Assembly (NCBI GenBank): GCA_963792585.1
Contig: CAWBWI010000003.1
Location: forward strand, 1,120,001-1,184,000
Direction of reading: 5' to 3'
From: Candidatus Eiseniibacteriota bacterium
GTDB taxonomy: Bacteria > Eisenbacteria > RBG-16-71-46 > CAIMUX01 > VGJL01
DNA length: 64,000 nucleotides
The notes under the pieces are model-generated. The model was not told where the DNA came from and searched no databases. It was given only the letters and a program-made list of their open reading frames with translations. Positions 41,440-53,951 of the stretch are shown piece after piece. Within the stretch, counting starts at the first letter, position 1, and each line of letters opens with the position of its first letter. The translations under genes were made by a program, and so were the position numbers.

Positions 41440-41701
41440 CCTGCGTTGGGACCGCTGATGGAAGTCCAGCGCGCCGGTCCCTCTCGTGTCTACCCCATGC
41501 TTCGATTGAGGAGATTCCAACCCGTCCCTGAGAGACACATGCCCTTGGTTTCTTTGCGGATCGGTGCGGCCGTACGAGGCTGCTGAGGTTCACAATCCCG
41601 TGCAAGATCAAAACCGCGATTCAGAAGAAGTCCGCCCCACGACCGACGACGGCATCATCGGCACCGCCGAGCGCCGTTCCCGGAGCAAAGAGTCCAATTT
41701 C

Positions 41702-42949
<1,248 letters not shown>

Positions 42950-42990
42950 TCGCAGGCCGGTCAGCATGAGAACGACGAGGAGTTGAGGCG

Positions 42991-43224
42991 ATGAAGCAAG
43001 GGATCCACCCGGACTACCGCAACGTGAAGGTCACTTGTGTGTGCGGAAGCATTCTCGAAACCCGTTCGACCGAGGCGCACGACTTCACGATCGAAATCTG
43101 TTCGAACTGCCACCCGTTCTACACGGGAAAGCAAAAGCTGGTCGACTCGGCCGGACGCATCGAGCGGTTCCGCCGCAAGTACAAGCTGGAGACCCCGGCG
43201 GAAGAGACGGCCTCCGAGAGCTAG
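42991..43224 (+). CDS. rpmE: 50S ribosomal protein L31 (Zn-binding type)
   Basis: [26 protein letters not shown]. Confidence 0.97.
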   Translation: MKQGIHPDYRNVKVTCVCGSILETRSTEAHDFTIEICSNCHPFYTGKQKLVDSAGRIERFRRKYKLETPAEETASES

Positions 43225-43294
43225 GGCGACGGCTGATTTGCCCGGGTCTGCCCGCTCTCCGAGAGCGGTCGCGTGACCCGGGTATCCTTTTGCC

Positions 43295-44374
43295 ATGGAC
43301 GAACTGCTACGCAACTACGACCACGTCCGTTCCCGCGTGGAGGAGCTGACGCTCCAGATGGGGGACCCGAAAGTCCTCTCCGACGCCCGCGAAGCCAAGC
43401 GCGTGGGGAGGGAGCGGTCCCGGCTTGCCCGAATTCTCGAGGCGATGGATGCGTACCGACAGGCGGTGGCGACTCTGCAGGAGGCCGAGGAGATCCTGGC
43501 CGGGGACGACGCCGAATTGCAGGAGATCGTCCAGGACGAGCTGCCTGCCACGCAGGAGCGTAAGGAGTCGACCGAGATCGAGTTGAAGCGCCTGCTCACG
43601 CCGCGCGATCCCAACGACGAGAAGGACGTCATCGTCGAAATCCGGGCCGGCACCGGCGGGGAAGAGGCGGCCCTCTTCGTCCGGGACATCTTCCGGATGT
43701 ATGTCCGGTACGGCGAGAATCGTGGATTCCGGATCGAAGAGCTCTCCTCGAACGCCACGGGCATCGGCGGGCTGAAGGAAGTGATCTTCTCCCTCATGGG
43801 CGAGGACGCCTACGCGAATTTCAAGTACGAGTCGGGAGTGCACCGCGTCCAGCGCGTGCCCGAGACCGAGGCGAGCGGTCGGATCCACACGTCCGCGATC
43901 ACGGTGGCGGTCCTGCCCGAGGCCGAAGAAGTCGACGTCAAGATCGAGGACAAGGATCTCCTGATCGATGTCTTCCGTTCCTCCGGTCCGGGCGGACAGA
44001 GCGTCAACACGACGGACTCCGCGGTCCGGGTCACGCACCTGCCGACCGGGATCGTCGTTCAGTGCCAGGACGAGCGCAGCCAGCTCAAGAACAAGGCGAA
44101 GGCCTTGAAGGTCCTCCGCGCCCGCCTGCTCGACCTCGAGCGGCAACGGCTGGACGAAGAGATGGCGAAGACGCGGCGGGACATGGTCTCGACCGGCGAC
44201 CGCAGCGCCAAGATCCGCACCTACAACTACCCTCAGGGTCGCGTGACCGACCATCGGATCGGTCTGACCCTCTACAACCTCGCCGAGGTGATGGAGGGGG
44301 ATCTCGACACCTTGATCCGCGCCCTCCAGGTCGCCGAGAGCGAGGCCCGTCTGAAATCCGTCCAGGTGCTGTGA
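43295..44374 (+). CDS. prfA: Peptide chain release factor 1
   Basis: PET recognition motif, GGQ motif, KIRTYNYPQ. Confidence 0.97.
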   Translation: MDELLRNYDHVRSRVEELTLQMGDPKVLSDAREAKRVGRERSRLARILEAMDAYRQAVATLQEAEEILAGDDAELQEIVQDELPATQERKESTEIELKRLLTPRDPNDEKDVIVEIRAGTGGEEAALFVRDIFRMYVRYGENRGFRIEELSSNATGIGGLKEVIFSLMGEDAYANFKYESGVHRVQRVPETEASGRIHTSAITVAVLPEAEEVDVKIEDKDLLIDVFRSSGPGGQSVNTTDSAVRVTHLPTGIVVQCQDERSQLKNKAKALKVLRARLLDLERQRLDEEMAKTRRDMVSTGDRSAKIRTYNYPQGRVTDHRIGLTLYNLAEVMEGDLDTLIRALQVAESEARLKSVQVL

Positions 44375-45246
44375 GCCCTTCCGCACCGAACGCGCACCCG
44401 CCGCCGAACGCCCACTTCGCACGGATCCGCGACGCCATGGACATCCTCGAGGCGATCGGCGCGGGCAACCCGCGTCTCGAGGCCGAATATCTGATGGCCC
44501 ACGCCCTGGGCATACCGCGCATCCGGCTCTGGCTGATCGAGACGACGCCTTCCGCCGCGGCGATCGAGAGATTCGAGGCGCTCCTGGAGCGCCGCCGCGC
44601 GCGCGAGCCGCTGCAATACGTCCTCGGGAGCGCCGAATTCGCAGGGCTCGACCTGGAAGTCGGCCCCGGCGTCTTCATTCCGCGAAGCGAAACGGAAGTT
44701 CTCGTAGAGGTCGTCGCGAAGCGCCTTGGGTCGAACGCCCGGATCGTTGACGTCGGCACGGGGAGTGGGGCGATCCTCTTGTCGTTGCTCTCGCGTCTGC
44801 CGGACGCGCGCGGGCTCGGGATCGACCGGAGCGAGGACGCCCTCGCCTACGCGCGACGCAATGCGGCCCGTTGCGGTCTCGCGGCGCGCGCGGAGTGGCA
44901 GTGCGGGGATCTGCTCGCGCCGGTGCCATCGGATGCAGTCGTGGATGCCGTCGTGTCGAATCCGCCCTACATCCGCCTCGACGAAGCCTCGGCGCTCGCC
45001 CCCGAGATCGGCGACCACGAGCCGCATGCGGCGCTCTTCGCGGGCGAGGATGGTCTCGACGACGTGCGCCGACTGATCCCGCAAGCCGCGGCGCGCCTGA
45101 GATCCGGCGGCCTTCTCGCGATGGAGATCGGGATCACGCAGGGAGCGGCCGTGTCGGATCTGCTCGATCCTCGCGAATGGCGCGACACGGAAGTCCTGCC
45201 GGATCTGACCGGCCGTCCGCGGGTCGTCGCCGCGGCGCGTCGTTGA
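44371..45246 (+). CDS. prmC: Release factor glutamine methyltransferase
   Basis: [32 protein letters not shown] start overlaps the prfA stop. Confidence 0.95.
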   Translation: MSPSAPNAHPPPNAHFARIRDAMDILEAIGAGNPRLEAEYLMAHALGIPRIRLWLIETTPSAAAIERFEALLERRRAREPLQYVLGSAEFAGLDLEVGPGVFIPRSETEVLVEVVAKRLGSNARIVDVGTGSGAILLSLLSRLPDARGLGIDRSEDALAYARRNAARCGLAARAEWQCGDLLAPVPSDAVVDAVVSNPPYIRLDEASALAPEIGDHEPHAALFAGEDGLDDVRRLIPQAAARLRSGGLLAMEIGITQGAAVSDLLDPREWRDTEVLPDLTGRPRVVAAARR

Positions 45247-45268
45247 TTCGGGGAGACTCGCAGAGACG

Positions 45269-47191
45269 CTAGTCGGCGGTCTCGAGCAGGCGAGGGCCGG
45301 CGAGCCGGACATCCCCCCTGCGCTCGGTCCAGCGCTGGCGGTCGAAGAACTCCAGCAGGGGAACGGCGTGCTTTCGGGAGACCCCCATGATCTCCTTCAG
45401 CCCCGCAACCCCCATCTCGGGCGTCTTGGCGAGGAAGGCCTGGAGGAGGCGGCGCATCTCCTCGACGCGAGCGGAAGCGTAGAGCAGATCGGGGGGAACG
45501 CGGGTGAGCACCCCCTCCTCGAGGAGGAGCGAGATGAGCGCCTCGCCGTCCTTCGGCCCGCCCAGGCCATCGAGGAGTTCCTTCATCGTTGGGCCGGCGA
45601 AGCCGCGCCCTGCGATCTCCTTCAGGATGCGCTCGCGCAGGGATGCGAGAGTCGGTGAAAGCTGAAGCGATTCCTCACCCAGGCGAAGCCTGTCGGCGCG
45701 GACGTGAAGCTCTCCCGCGGTGGTCCGCTCTTGAAGCCAGGCCTCGACGAGGTCGGGGTGGACCTGCCTCTCGAGACGGCTCTTCAGCTCGCTCTTCAGC
45801 ATTCCCCACTGGAGTGGATTGTGTTTCTGGTGGGCGGTGAGGATCGTCGTCATCCGCGCGCCCGCCGCCTCGACCGCTTCCGAGGAAACGAGGATCCCCC
45901 GTCCGATCCGACGGATCCTCCCGGATCCGATGAGGGTTTCGATGGTCGAGGCGACCTCGGAGGGGGGTTGGCCGAGGCGCGGGGGCAAATCGCCCTCCGG
46001 CAGGCCGAGCATTGCAGCGTGGCCCAGGTGGCCGACAATCCGATCGTCCAGGCTCCCCTCGGCCGCGAGGCGAAGCGCTCGCAGGTCTTCCTCGTGGAAG
46101 CGCCTGCGGTGCGTGCCCGACACATCCACGATCACGCCGCCGCCGATCGTGTGCATCGGCGAGAAGGAACGCAGGACGAAACGGTCGCCGCGCTCCGCGG
46201 GGACCGGCTCCTCGAGTCGGATCTCGACGAATCCCTCCTCTCCGGGAGAAATCTCCTCCGAACCGAGCGGCACCGCGCGTCCCATGATCTCGCTCGCGCC
46301 GAGGTAGAAGCGCACGCGTGTGCGGTTCTTGATCGCGTACGGACTCCCGCGAACGCATCGAACCTGGGCTTGAAGCATCGACACGGTCGGCGGCGGGGCG
46401 CCCGCGACAAGCCACTCTCCCCGGGCGATCTCCTCCCGATCGACCGCGTGCAGGCTCACCGCGACCCGTTGTCCGGCGAAGGCCTCGTTCGCCCGTTCGT
46501 TGTGAACTTCGAGCGACTTGATCCGCGTCTCATCGCCCGAAGGCTCGAGCCGGACGCGGTCTCCCTCGTGGAGCGTGCCCGCCCAGAGCGTTCCGGTCAC
46601 GACCGTGCCGAAGCCCTGCATCGTGAAGACGCGGTCGATTGGCATGCGCGTGTAGCGGCCGCGGGCCGAGAGGTCCGCCGACGCGACCGCGGCGTCGATC
46701 GCCGCGAGCAGTTCGGCCTTTCCCTCCCCCGTGACCGCGGAGACGGGAACGAGCGGGGCGCCGGCCAGACAGGTCCCGGACAGGTAGCTGCGGACATCGT
46801 CGATCACGAGACTGCGCCAGTCCGGATCGACGAGATCGATCTTCGTGAGGGCCACCACGCCCTGATGCGCGCCAAGCAGATCGACGATGTCGAGGTGTTC
46901 ACGGGTCTGCGGCATCACCCCCTCGTCGGCGGCGATGACGAGCAGGATCACGTCGATTCCGCCCGCCCCGGCGAGCATGTTCCGGATGAATCGTTCGTGG
47001 CCGGGGACGTCGATCACGCCGCATCGCACTCCCGCAGGGGTCGTGAGCGACGCGAATCCGAGTTCGATCGAGATCCCTCGCTCGCGTTCCTCCTTCAGCC
47101 GATCGGTGTCCACGCCGGTCAGCATCTTGATCAGGAGCGTCTTGCCGTGATCGATGTGGCCGGCGGTGCCGATGATGCAGGGACGAGTCAT
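45269..47191 (-). CDS. selB: Selenocysteine-specific translation elongation factor
   Basis: [28 protein letters not shown]-terminal winged-helix [13 protein letters not shown]. Confidence 0.96.
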   Translation of the reverse strand: MTRPCIIGTAGHIDHGKTLLIKMLTGVDTDRLKEERERGISIELGFASLTTPAGVRCGVIDVPGHERFIRNMLAGAGGIDVILLVIAADEGVMPQTREHLDIVDLLGAHQGVVALTKIDLVDPDWRSLVIDDVRSYLSGTCLAGAPLVPVSAVTGEGKAELLAAIDAAVASADLSARGRYTRMPIDRVFTMQGFGTVVTGTLWAGTLHEGDRVRLEPSGDETRIKSLEVHNERANEAFAGQRVAVSLHAVDREEIARGEWLVAGAPPPTVSMLQAQVRCVRGSPYAIKNRTRVRFYLGASEIMGRAVPLGSEEISPGEEGFVEIRLEEPVPAERGDRFVLRSFSPMHTIGGGVIVDVSGTHRRRFHEEDLRALRLAAEGSLDDRIVGHLGHAAMLGLPEGDLPPRLGQPPSEVASTIETLIGSGRIRRIGRGILVSSEAVEAAGARMTTILTAHQKHNPLQWGMLKSELKSRLERQVHPDLVEAWLQERTTAGELHVRADRLRLGEESLQLSPTLASLRERILKEIAGRGFAGPTMKELLDGLGGPKDGEALISLLLEEGVLTRVPPDLLYASARVEEMRRLLQAFLAKTPEMGVAGLKEIMGVSRKHAVPLLEFFDRQRWTERRGDVRLAGPRLLETAD

Positions 47192-47198
47192 CCGCGCC

Positions 47199-48468
47199 TC
47201 AGGCGAGTGGGTCGTCGAGCTGGATCCGGCAGACCGACGCGCCGAGGCCGGTGAGCTTCTGCTCGATCGCCTCGTACCCCCGATCGATGTGGTAGACGCG
47301 CGAGACGGTCGTCGTCCCCCGTGCGACGAGACCGGCGAGGATCAGCGCGGAGGAGGCGCGGATGTCGGTCGACATGACGCGGGTTCCCTGCAGCCCCTCG
47401 ACCCCGCGGACAGTGGCGACGTTTCCTTGCAGGGTGATCCGCGCGCCGAGCCGTTCGAGTTCGGGGACGTGCGTGAATCGGTCGGAGTAGATCGTCTCGA
47501 CGATCACGCCCGTTCCTTGCGCGACGCTCAGGACCGCCATGAACTGCGCTTGCAGGTCGGTCGGGAATCCGGGGTAGACCTCCGTCCGCACGTCGATCGC
47601 GCGCAGGGGCGCGTCGCGACGGAGCCGGATCCGGTTCCCGTCGATCGAGATATCGCACCCCATTTCGCGCAGGTGGGAGAGGACGATCGACACGTGATCC
47701 GCGCGCGCCTTGGTGAGGACGATGTCACCGCCGGCGATCGCTCCGGCCGCGAGATAGGTCCCGGTCTCGATTCTGTCGGGGATGTTCGTGAACTCGACCG
47801 GATGGAGGGACGTCGACCCCTTCGATCTCGATCGTCTTCGTGCCGTGGCCCGTGATGCGGGCGCCTGCGGCGTTCAGGAAGTCGGCAAGGGCGACGATGT
47901 CCGGCTCACAGGCGGCATTCTCGATGCGCGTCGTTCCCTCGGCCAGGCTCGCGGCCATCATCACGTTGCCGGTCGCCCCGACGCTCGAAACGTCGAATGC
48001 GATCCGACGTCCCCGCAGCTTCGGCGCCGTCGCGACGATGTAGCCGTGATCGAGTTCGATCTTCGCCCCGAGCGTCTCCATTCCCTTGATGTGGAGATCG
48101 ACGGGGCGCGGCCCCCACGCGCAGCCGCCCGGCAGGGAGACGCGCGCGCGGCCGCAGCGGGTCAGCAGCGGACCGAGAACGTAGATCGATGCGCGCATCT
48201 GCCGAACGAGATCGTACGGCGCTTCGGTGCACGTGATCTTGGATGCGTCGAGCCGAAGGCAGTGGTCTTCGTAGCCGCCCTCGACGCCGAGCAGCCGAAG
48301 CAGGTCGAGCAGGGTGACGATGTCGCGCAGGTGCGGGACGTTCCGAAGGGTGGTCTGGCCCGGGATCAGAAGGGACGCGGCCATCATCGGGAGGGCTGCG
48401 TTCTTCGCGCCGCTGATCGCGACTTCTCCCGAGAGGTGCTTGCCCCCGATGATCTCAATGGCGTCCAT
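47199..48468 (-). CDS. murA: UDP-N-acetylglucosamine 1-carboxyvinyltransferase; one +1 frameshift near 47815
   Basis: SGAKNAALP, MRAS, LPGGCAWGPRP, then in another frame PDRIETGT, YPGFPTDLQ, HIDRGYE. Confidence 0.93.
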
Positions 48469-48597
48469 GCTGTTGAATCTCCCCCGCTTGCCCGGGTGGA
48501 CGATACCGCGATGGCGGAGGATCGGCAAGGCAACAGGCCCCGCGCGCAGCCCCGGGAGCGAGCCGCGCGCATGCATGCAGCCCGAAGTTGAAGAGAC

Positions 48598-49749
48598 TTA
48601 GCGCAGGATGACGAAGCGTCCCGATTCCCGGCCGGCATGGTAGAAGTAGACGCCGGCGGCCGGGCCGTCCCACATCCAGGACTCGCCGGGGGAGCAAGCG
48701 CCGCCCGCGAGCCGGCGTCCCGTGACGTCGTGGATCTGCAGGGTGGTAACCCCCTCCTGCCCGGAGGCGATGAACCGAGCCCGGGAGCCGTCGACGGCGA
48801 CGCGGATCGCCGCGGGCCCGACCGGACCGTCCCCGATCCCGGCCGGGGGAGGTTCCAACAACTCGGTCATCACCCGTCCGCCTGCGTACGGGACCGCGAT
48901 GCCAAGGGCCGCCCCGAGCGTCTTGCAGATGTCGACCTGTTCGCACGGCGTCCAGGAAACGAACCCGTCGCGAAAGTCGGGACCCAGCGCCAGAAGGGGG
49001 ATCCTCCGGCAACCCGTGCACGCGTCTCCGTGTTCGAACCAGTCGCCGTAGCCGTCGGCGTGGCGGCCGTGGTCGCCCGTGACGATCAGGTCGGTCCGCC
49101 CGCCGAAGACCGGGTCGGCCTGAATCTCCTGCCAAATGAGCGCGACACAGGAATCCGCGACCGCGATCTGCCGCGTATATCCGTCCCAGTTCTGGGTATG
49201 GGCGGCGCCGTCGATCGACCCGAAGTTGAGCAACGAAACGACCGGCCTGTTCACGACCATGTCGTGGAGGAACTCCGCCGTCGTCACCTCGTCGTCCCAC
49301 GTGGGACCGATGATGCGCGCGCTGTCCGAGGCCCCGTAGGTCGACCAGGTGCTGTGGGACAGGGACTTGATCTTCCCTTTGGTCGTGGTGATGACGGTCG
49401 AGCGGCCCGGAGTGCCGGTCTGGTCACGGTAATACTCCCAGAGCAGCGGGAAGATCGACCGGACCGTGCCGTCGTCCGGCAGGTTCTGGTAGCGTCCCGA
49501 CCCGATGGCCGCGTGCCCCGGGATGGTGATGGTGAGACCGTTGTTGTCGCATGCGCGCGCGAGCGCCCCCTGCGGGGCGAGGTCGAGGGCCATTCGGGGA
49601 ATGAAGCGGTGCTCCGGGTCGTCGAACCCCTCGCTGGCGCGGAGTCCGTCGAGGACAATGATCACCACCCGCTCGGCCGCCTGGGCCTGCGTCGTGATCG
49701 TGAGGGCGAGAAGCAGGAGCCGGATCCAGGCCCGGCCCGGGATCATCAT
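48598..49749 (-). CDS. Secreted alkaline-phosphatase-superfamily protein with short T9SS-like C-terminal domain
   Basis: Signal peptide ending AQA; IVLDGLR, TIPGH, DGAAH, TGDHGRH; C-terminal IHDVTGRR..WDG..GVYF..FVILR. Confidence 0.75.
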   Translation of the reverse strand: MMIPGRAWIRLLLLALTITTQAQAAERVVIIVLDGLRASEGFDDPEHRFIPRMALDLAPQGALARACDNNGLTITIPGHAAIGSGRYQNLPDDGTVRSIFPLLWEYYRDQTGTPGRSTVITTTKGKIKSLSHSTWSTYGASDSARIIGPTWDDEVTTAEFLHDMVVNRPVVSLLNFGSIDGAAHTQNWDGYTRQIAVADSCVALIWQEIQADPVFGGRTDLIVTGDHGRHADGYGDWFEHGDACTGCRRIPLLALGPDFRDGFVSWTPCEQVDICKTLGAALGIAVPYAGGRVMTELLEPPPAGIGDGPVGPAAIRVAVDGSRARFIASGQEGVTTLQIHDVTGRRLAGGACSPGESWMWDGPAAGVYFYHAGRESGRFVILR

Positions 49750-49759
49750 GGTTGCGTCC

Positions 49760-51553
49760 CTAGGATGTGTCGTCCTCGTCGTCGGTCCAGCCCCCCCGAT
49801 CGGCATCGGGAGGGGCTTTGGGCTCGACCAGGATCAGCTTCTCGCGCGTGACGAGCGCCAAACCAGGCGGTCCCTTTCGCGGCCTGCGAACGTACTTCTT
49901 AAGAGTATAGACGATCGGAGCCTTCCCGGACGTGCGAGCTTTGCTGAACCAGGCCGCGATCGAGGCCGCTTCTTCCAAGGTCCGCACGCTCGGGTTGTCC
50001 TTGCGGCCTTCTCTACGCAGGACGACGTGGCTTCCCGGACAGCCGTGGGCGTGGAACCAGTAATCCTCGGGGCGGGCGAGGGCGTGCGTCACATAGTCGT
50101 TCTCTTCGTTCGAGCGGCCGACCAGGACCGTCCACCCTTCCTTGGTCGTGTAGCTCCTGGGATGAAAGCGCTCCTCGGGCCGCCGGCGGGATGCGGGCCC
50201 CTGCCCCTGAGGGCGCGTCGCCGATGGGGCGGCACGTCTCGCGCTCCGTTCGGGGGCCTTCGAGTCCTTCTCGGGCGGGGCCGCACGACCCCGCGCGAAG
50301 GGGCCGAGGGCGGCGCGAAGCAGTTCGCCGCCCTTCGTCGCCACCGGAAGTCCTGCGATCTGGGACCGCAGGACGGAAAGCCGCGCGATGGCCTCTTCGA
50401 TCGCGCGCATCCTCCGGGCGCGCAGGGGGGCTCCCCGCTCCAACCGGCGCACGCGCCGGAAGATGGCGTCAGCGTTGTTCGATGCGCTGCGCCGCGGGTC
50501 CAGCTCGATCACGAGCGTTCGTCCAGGATCCTGGGGATCGGGGCACGTGAAGCTCGACGCACCGCGGGGGATTTCCCCCATGTGGACGAGGAGGGCTTCC
50601 GCCTGTCGGCGGAGCAGGGGCGCCGCGTTCGCATCGGCCGATTCCGCGCGGAGCCGTTCGTGGAGGCGCATCAGTCGACGTTCCTCGTTCCCGAGGTGAC
50701 GAAGGAAACGCCCGCGCTCGTCCCCTTCCTGTTCGGCGCGGAGGACGGTCGCATGGGCGTACTCGATCAGACGGAGAAACGTACCGGCGCGTCGACTCCG
50801 GTGCGGCTCGAGATTCGGAAGGGGAATCGGGCTGACGAACGCGCGGGGCAACCCGAGATCTACTCCGAGTCCTTCGTAGAGGACGGGGTCGAACGGCTCA
50901 TCTGCGATCGCGCGCAGCGCACCGGCGACGTCGTCGCCCCGATGCAAGGCGTCGTAGGCCAGATACGGGGGCAGCCCGGCGAAGCCCCGGACGAGGGCGC
51001 GCACGCGATCCTTCGGCGCGGCGCGATCGAGGGCCGCCGCCACCTGGGCCTCCGTCGCCTTGCCGTACTCCGGACGGCGGGGGTGAGGAGGCCAAGCATA
51101 CCGCGCTCCCCGCGCGCGCCGGAGCGCGTGCGCGCCGGCCGGCACGTTGAGCGTGGCGAGGACTTCTTCGCGCGGTGCGTCGACGACGACCATGTCGGGG
51201 CGGCCACCGAGCCACTCGACCACGAGCCAGAGTCCGACCTCCGTCGCACCCGGGGAGGAGAGGAGCAGACGCATCAGCGGTCGGTCCACCGGCCGGTCGA
51301 TCTGCGAGATCCACTGTCCGACGAGCAGGCGACGTAGCGACTCATCCGGTGCTTCCGCCGCGAGCGGCCGGGCGAGGTAGACGCACGCATGAGCGGGGGC
51401 GAGATCGATCGCCAAGCGTGCGCGGCCGCCCTCCCGCTCGATGAGGAGATCGACTCGATCCTCGCCCGGCTTGGCGACATCGAGAATCTGCGCGCGGGGA
51501 GCGATCTGCGCCCGGAGCGCTTCCATGCATGCGTCGAGGAGTCGCCGCTCCAT
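49760..51553 (-). CDS. rqcH: NFACT/RqcH (FbpA-like) ribosome quality control protein
   Basis: IELDPRRSASNNA; VGRSNEEND, WFHAHGCPGSHV, AAWFSKAR NFACT-R domain. Confidence 0.88.
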   Translation of the reverse strand: MERRLLDACMEALRAQIAPRAQILDVAKPGEDRVDLLIEREGGRARLAIDLAPAHACVYLARPLAAEAPDESLRRLLVGQWISQIDRPVDRPLMRLLLSSPGATEVGLWLVVEWLGGRPDMVVVDAPREEVLATLNVPAGAHALRRARGARYAWPPHPRRPEYGKATEAQVAAALDRAAPKDRVRALVRGFAGLPPYLAYDALHRGDDVAGALRAIADEPFDPVLYEGLGVDLGLPRAFVSPIPLPNLEPHRSRRAGTFLRLIEYAHATVLRAEQEGDERGRFLRHLGNEERRLMRLHERLRAESADANAAPLLRRQAEALLVHMGEIPRGASSFTCPDPQDPGRTLVIELDPRRSASNNADAIFRRVRRLERGAPLRARRMRAIEEAIARLSVLRSQIAGLPVATKGGELLRAALGPFARGRAAPPEKDSKAPERSARRAAPSATRPQGQGPASRRRPEERFHPRSYTTKEGWTVLVGRSNEENDYVTHALARPEDYWFHAHGCPGSHVVLRREGRKDNPSVRTLEEAASIAAWFSKARTSGKAPIVYTLKKYVRRPRKGPPGLALVTREKLILVEPKAPPDADRGGWTDDEDDTS

Positions 51554-51624
51554 GGCTCAGTCCGTCTTCCCGGCGCCGCGTGCGCACGTGGGGGAGACGC
51601 AACCGGTCGGCCCGATGATGGGAG

Positions 51625-52425
51625 TCATCGGGCGTCGGTCTCTGGAGCTTCGGCGTCCAGACAGCTCGGCTGCTTCACGCAGAGGGAGCGGATCATCGCA
51701 TCGATCCGATCGAGGCCGGGCATGAAGGCGGCTGCGGGAAGGGCGTCCAGGCGTCGGGTCTGATCCGAGACATAGGCATCGTACTCCCGGGTGAACGCCT
51801 CCCAGTCATCGACTCTCTCCTCATCCTTCAGGATCGCCGCTGCGATGGGGAAGGAGAGGGAAACGTAGGCCGTGCCGTCCGCGGTCAGACCCTGAAATGT
51901 ATACTCCAAGACCCGATTGGTGACGGGGGAAGGCTCGATCGCGTATGCCGTCACGAAACCGATCCCGGCTCCGTTCTGGAACTCGACGAACCCCACGTGC
52001 GATCGAAACGGTTGTGCGACGTCGGCCCACGGCAGGAAGGGAATTTCCTCGTTGCCTCCGGATCGGCGTGCCGTGAGCAGGTCTTTCAAAGCGTCGATCG
52101 TCTCCGTGGCCGGCGGCCAGATCGCTTCGTACGCAGCCACCGGATAGACGCGGAGCGTTGCCGCGTCCCGCCGCAGGGAATCCACGGAACCTGCCGTGCC
52201 GCGAAACCTGAAGAGAAGATGCTCCGGTCCGACGCCGTCGGGCACATCCGACGGGTCGGCCAGAGGGACCGCCGGGACGATCTGCGCGGCGACTCCGGAT
52301 GCAAGGGTCGAGTCGAAGCGAAATGCCACCTGCTGGAATCGAACCGTCCGCTCCGGCGTCACGGCGATCGTGACCGCTGGAGCGAGGATCAGAAGGATGG
52401 CGGTTGCTAGACACGGGCCTTTCAT
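51625..52425 (-). CDS. Hypothetical secreted protein
   Basis: GGAGG RBS, signal peptide, YTFQGLTADG..FMPGLDRIDAMIRSL; no family recognised. Confidence 0.7.
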   Translation of the reverse strand: MKGPCLATAILLILAPAVTIAVTPERTVRFQQVAFRFDSTLASGVAAQIVPAVPLADPSDVPDGVGPEHLLFRFRGTAGSVDSLRRDAATLRVYPVAAYEAIWPPATETIDALKDLLTARRSGGNEEIPFLPWADVAQPFRSHVGFVEFQNGAGIGFVTAYAIEPSPVTNRVLEYTFQGLTADGTAYVSLSFPIAAAILKDEERVDDWEAFTREYDAYVSDQTRRLDALPAAAFMPGLDRIDAMIRSLCVKQPSCLDAEAPETDAR

Positions 52426-52529
52426 TCATACCTCCGGTGCGTGAGCACCATGCAGTCTAGCGGCCCGGGCTGCACGGTCGACACCGGAAAACAGCCTCAC
52501 CGTCTCCCGCGAAGAGGACGCACGCGGAA

Positions 52530-52559
52530 AGGCCTCCCGCGGTCAACCGCGGGAGGCCT
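52530..52559 (-). terminator. Intrinsic terminator hairpin
   Basis: AGGCCTCCCGCGGT..ACCGCGGGAGGCCT perfect inverted repeat about 30 nt past the stop at 52588. Confidence 0.65.
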
Positions 52560-52587
52560 CTTCTAAACGATGCGATGAAGCAGGGAT

Positions 52588-53481
52588 CTAGTCGCCGTTG
52601 CAGGCTTCTGCATCACAGAGTGTGCCGGGTCCTTGATAGGAGCCGATCCCGAGACATCCCTCCTCCGTCGTGATTTCGCAACCGCCCCCGTCCAGGCAGC
52701 AGGCGCCCGTCGGCGCCGGCGGTGGGCATGGATTGGGATCGCAGGAGCTTCCGGCGCCGCCTGCGGTTCCGCCCGCCTCGACGCACCCCTCGGCGGTCAA
52801 CAACTCGCAATGTCCGTCGCCGAAACAGCATGCTTCCGGTGCGGGCACGTCCCCAACCGGCGGCAGCACGGTGACGTCGTGGGAAGGCGGCGTCCAGAGC
52901 CTCGTCGATCCTGCATCGAAGTGCAGTCGGAAACCATCAGCCGTTCCCCGGGTGGCGATCACGGGAACGGTCCAGCTGGCGTTCGCGTCCAGCGTACCCC
53001 CCACCGAGTACGGGTAGAAGATGCCGGTGCCCGAAGGCGGGTAGACGCCGTGGCTCCCGCCGTCGAATCCGAACGGATCCGTCGTCGTGTACGCGAAGTC
53101 GGCGGGACCGAGCACAACGTCCCCCACCTGCACGGACCAACCGGGGACATCCTTGAAGGCCAGGGGAATGGTGACGAGCAGATAGACGTCGTCAATCGAG
53201 AAATCACTCGTGTTGGTGACGACGATGTCGAAGGTCTGAGCTTCCGTGTACCAGCTCTCCTTCAGCCATGCGTCCTCGGATGGACCGATGTACACATTCT
53301 CCGCATTCTCGATACCCAACCAGAGACGGGCTTGACTGGCCATCGTCGCGGGGGATGCGTCCGGTCCGATTCCCGGATCGGAAGGCAGGCCCGCTTCTTG
53401 AGAACAGCCGGTCAGGCCAAGCGCGAAAACGCCCAGAAGGCCGACAGCAATCGCCGCCGGCGCGGAATACGACAACCTCAT
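52588..53481 (-). CDS. Lipoprotein with an uncharacterised beta domain and two C-terminal Cys-rich repeats
   Basis: Lipobox LTGC; SHGVYP and PPSHDV motifs (possibly a choice-of-anchor type domain); EACCFGDGHC..DPNPC and GACCLDGGGC.. repeats. Confidence 0.78.
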   Translation of the reverse strand: MRLSYSAPAAIAVGLLGVFALGLTGCSQEAGLPSDPGIGPDASPATMASQARLWLGIENAENVYIGPSEDAWLKESWYTEAQTFDIVVTNTSDFSIDDVYLLVTIPLAFKDVPGWSVQVGDVVLGPADFAYTTTDPFGFDGGSHGVYPPSGTGIFYPYSVGGTLDANASWTVPVIATRGTADGFRLHFDAGSTRLWTPPSHDVTVLPPVGDVPAPEACCFGDGHCELLTAEGCVEAGGTAGGAGSSCDPNPCPPPAPTGACCLDGGGCEITTEEGCLGIGSYQGPGTLCDAEACNGD

Positions 53482-53898
53482 GTCAGGAGTCCTCCCTATG
53501 ACCCCGAACGGGGCGGTCGAGCCTGTGCAGGATGCGGTCCATGCGCTCGGGTTTCCTAGGTTGCGCGCAGACATGAGGATGGGAAGCGATTGCAGGTTGC
53601 GAAACCCACAAGTCCTGCAAGATGACAGTCGGGCGCCTTGCAGAAAACCGACTCGGCCGGTTCATCGGATTGGGGCGCGGTCCACCGATCGCTGGGACAG
53701 GTCCGCTGTACGGTCAACCGACAATCGCGCCCCCGCGGACGGAAGGATCATCCAACGAGGAGGGCGACATCCGTTGACGCACGAATCGGCTCCGAGATCA
53801 GGTCCTGACACGCCTGTCAGGAATCGTTCCCCGCAACCCGGCGATCCTGGGCAGATCGTCCGGGACCCCGCGGCGCTCCGGCTTCCTCTCGGAACCCA

Positions 53899-53927
53899 TT
53901 GACCATGGCAGGTCCCGGCGATATTCT
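53899..53927 (+). promoter_or_regulatory. sigma70-type promoter for the yicC operon
   Basis: TTGACC-17 nt-TATTCT. Confidence 0.65.
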
Positions 53928-53951
53928 GACCGCCCAACCTGGAGGCTCTGC

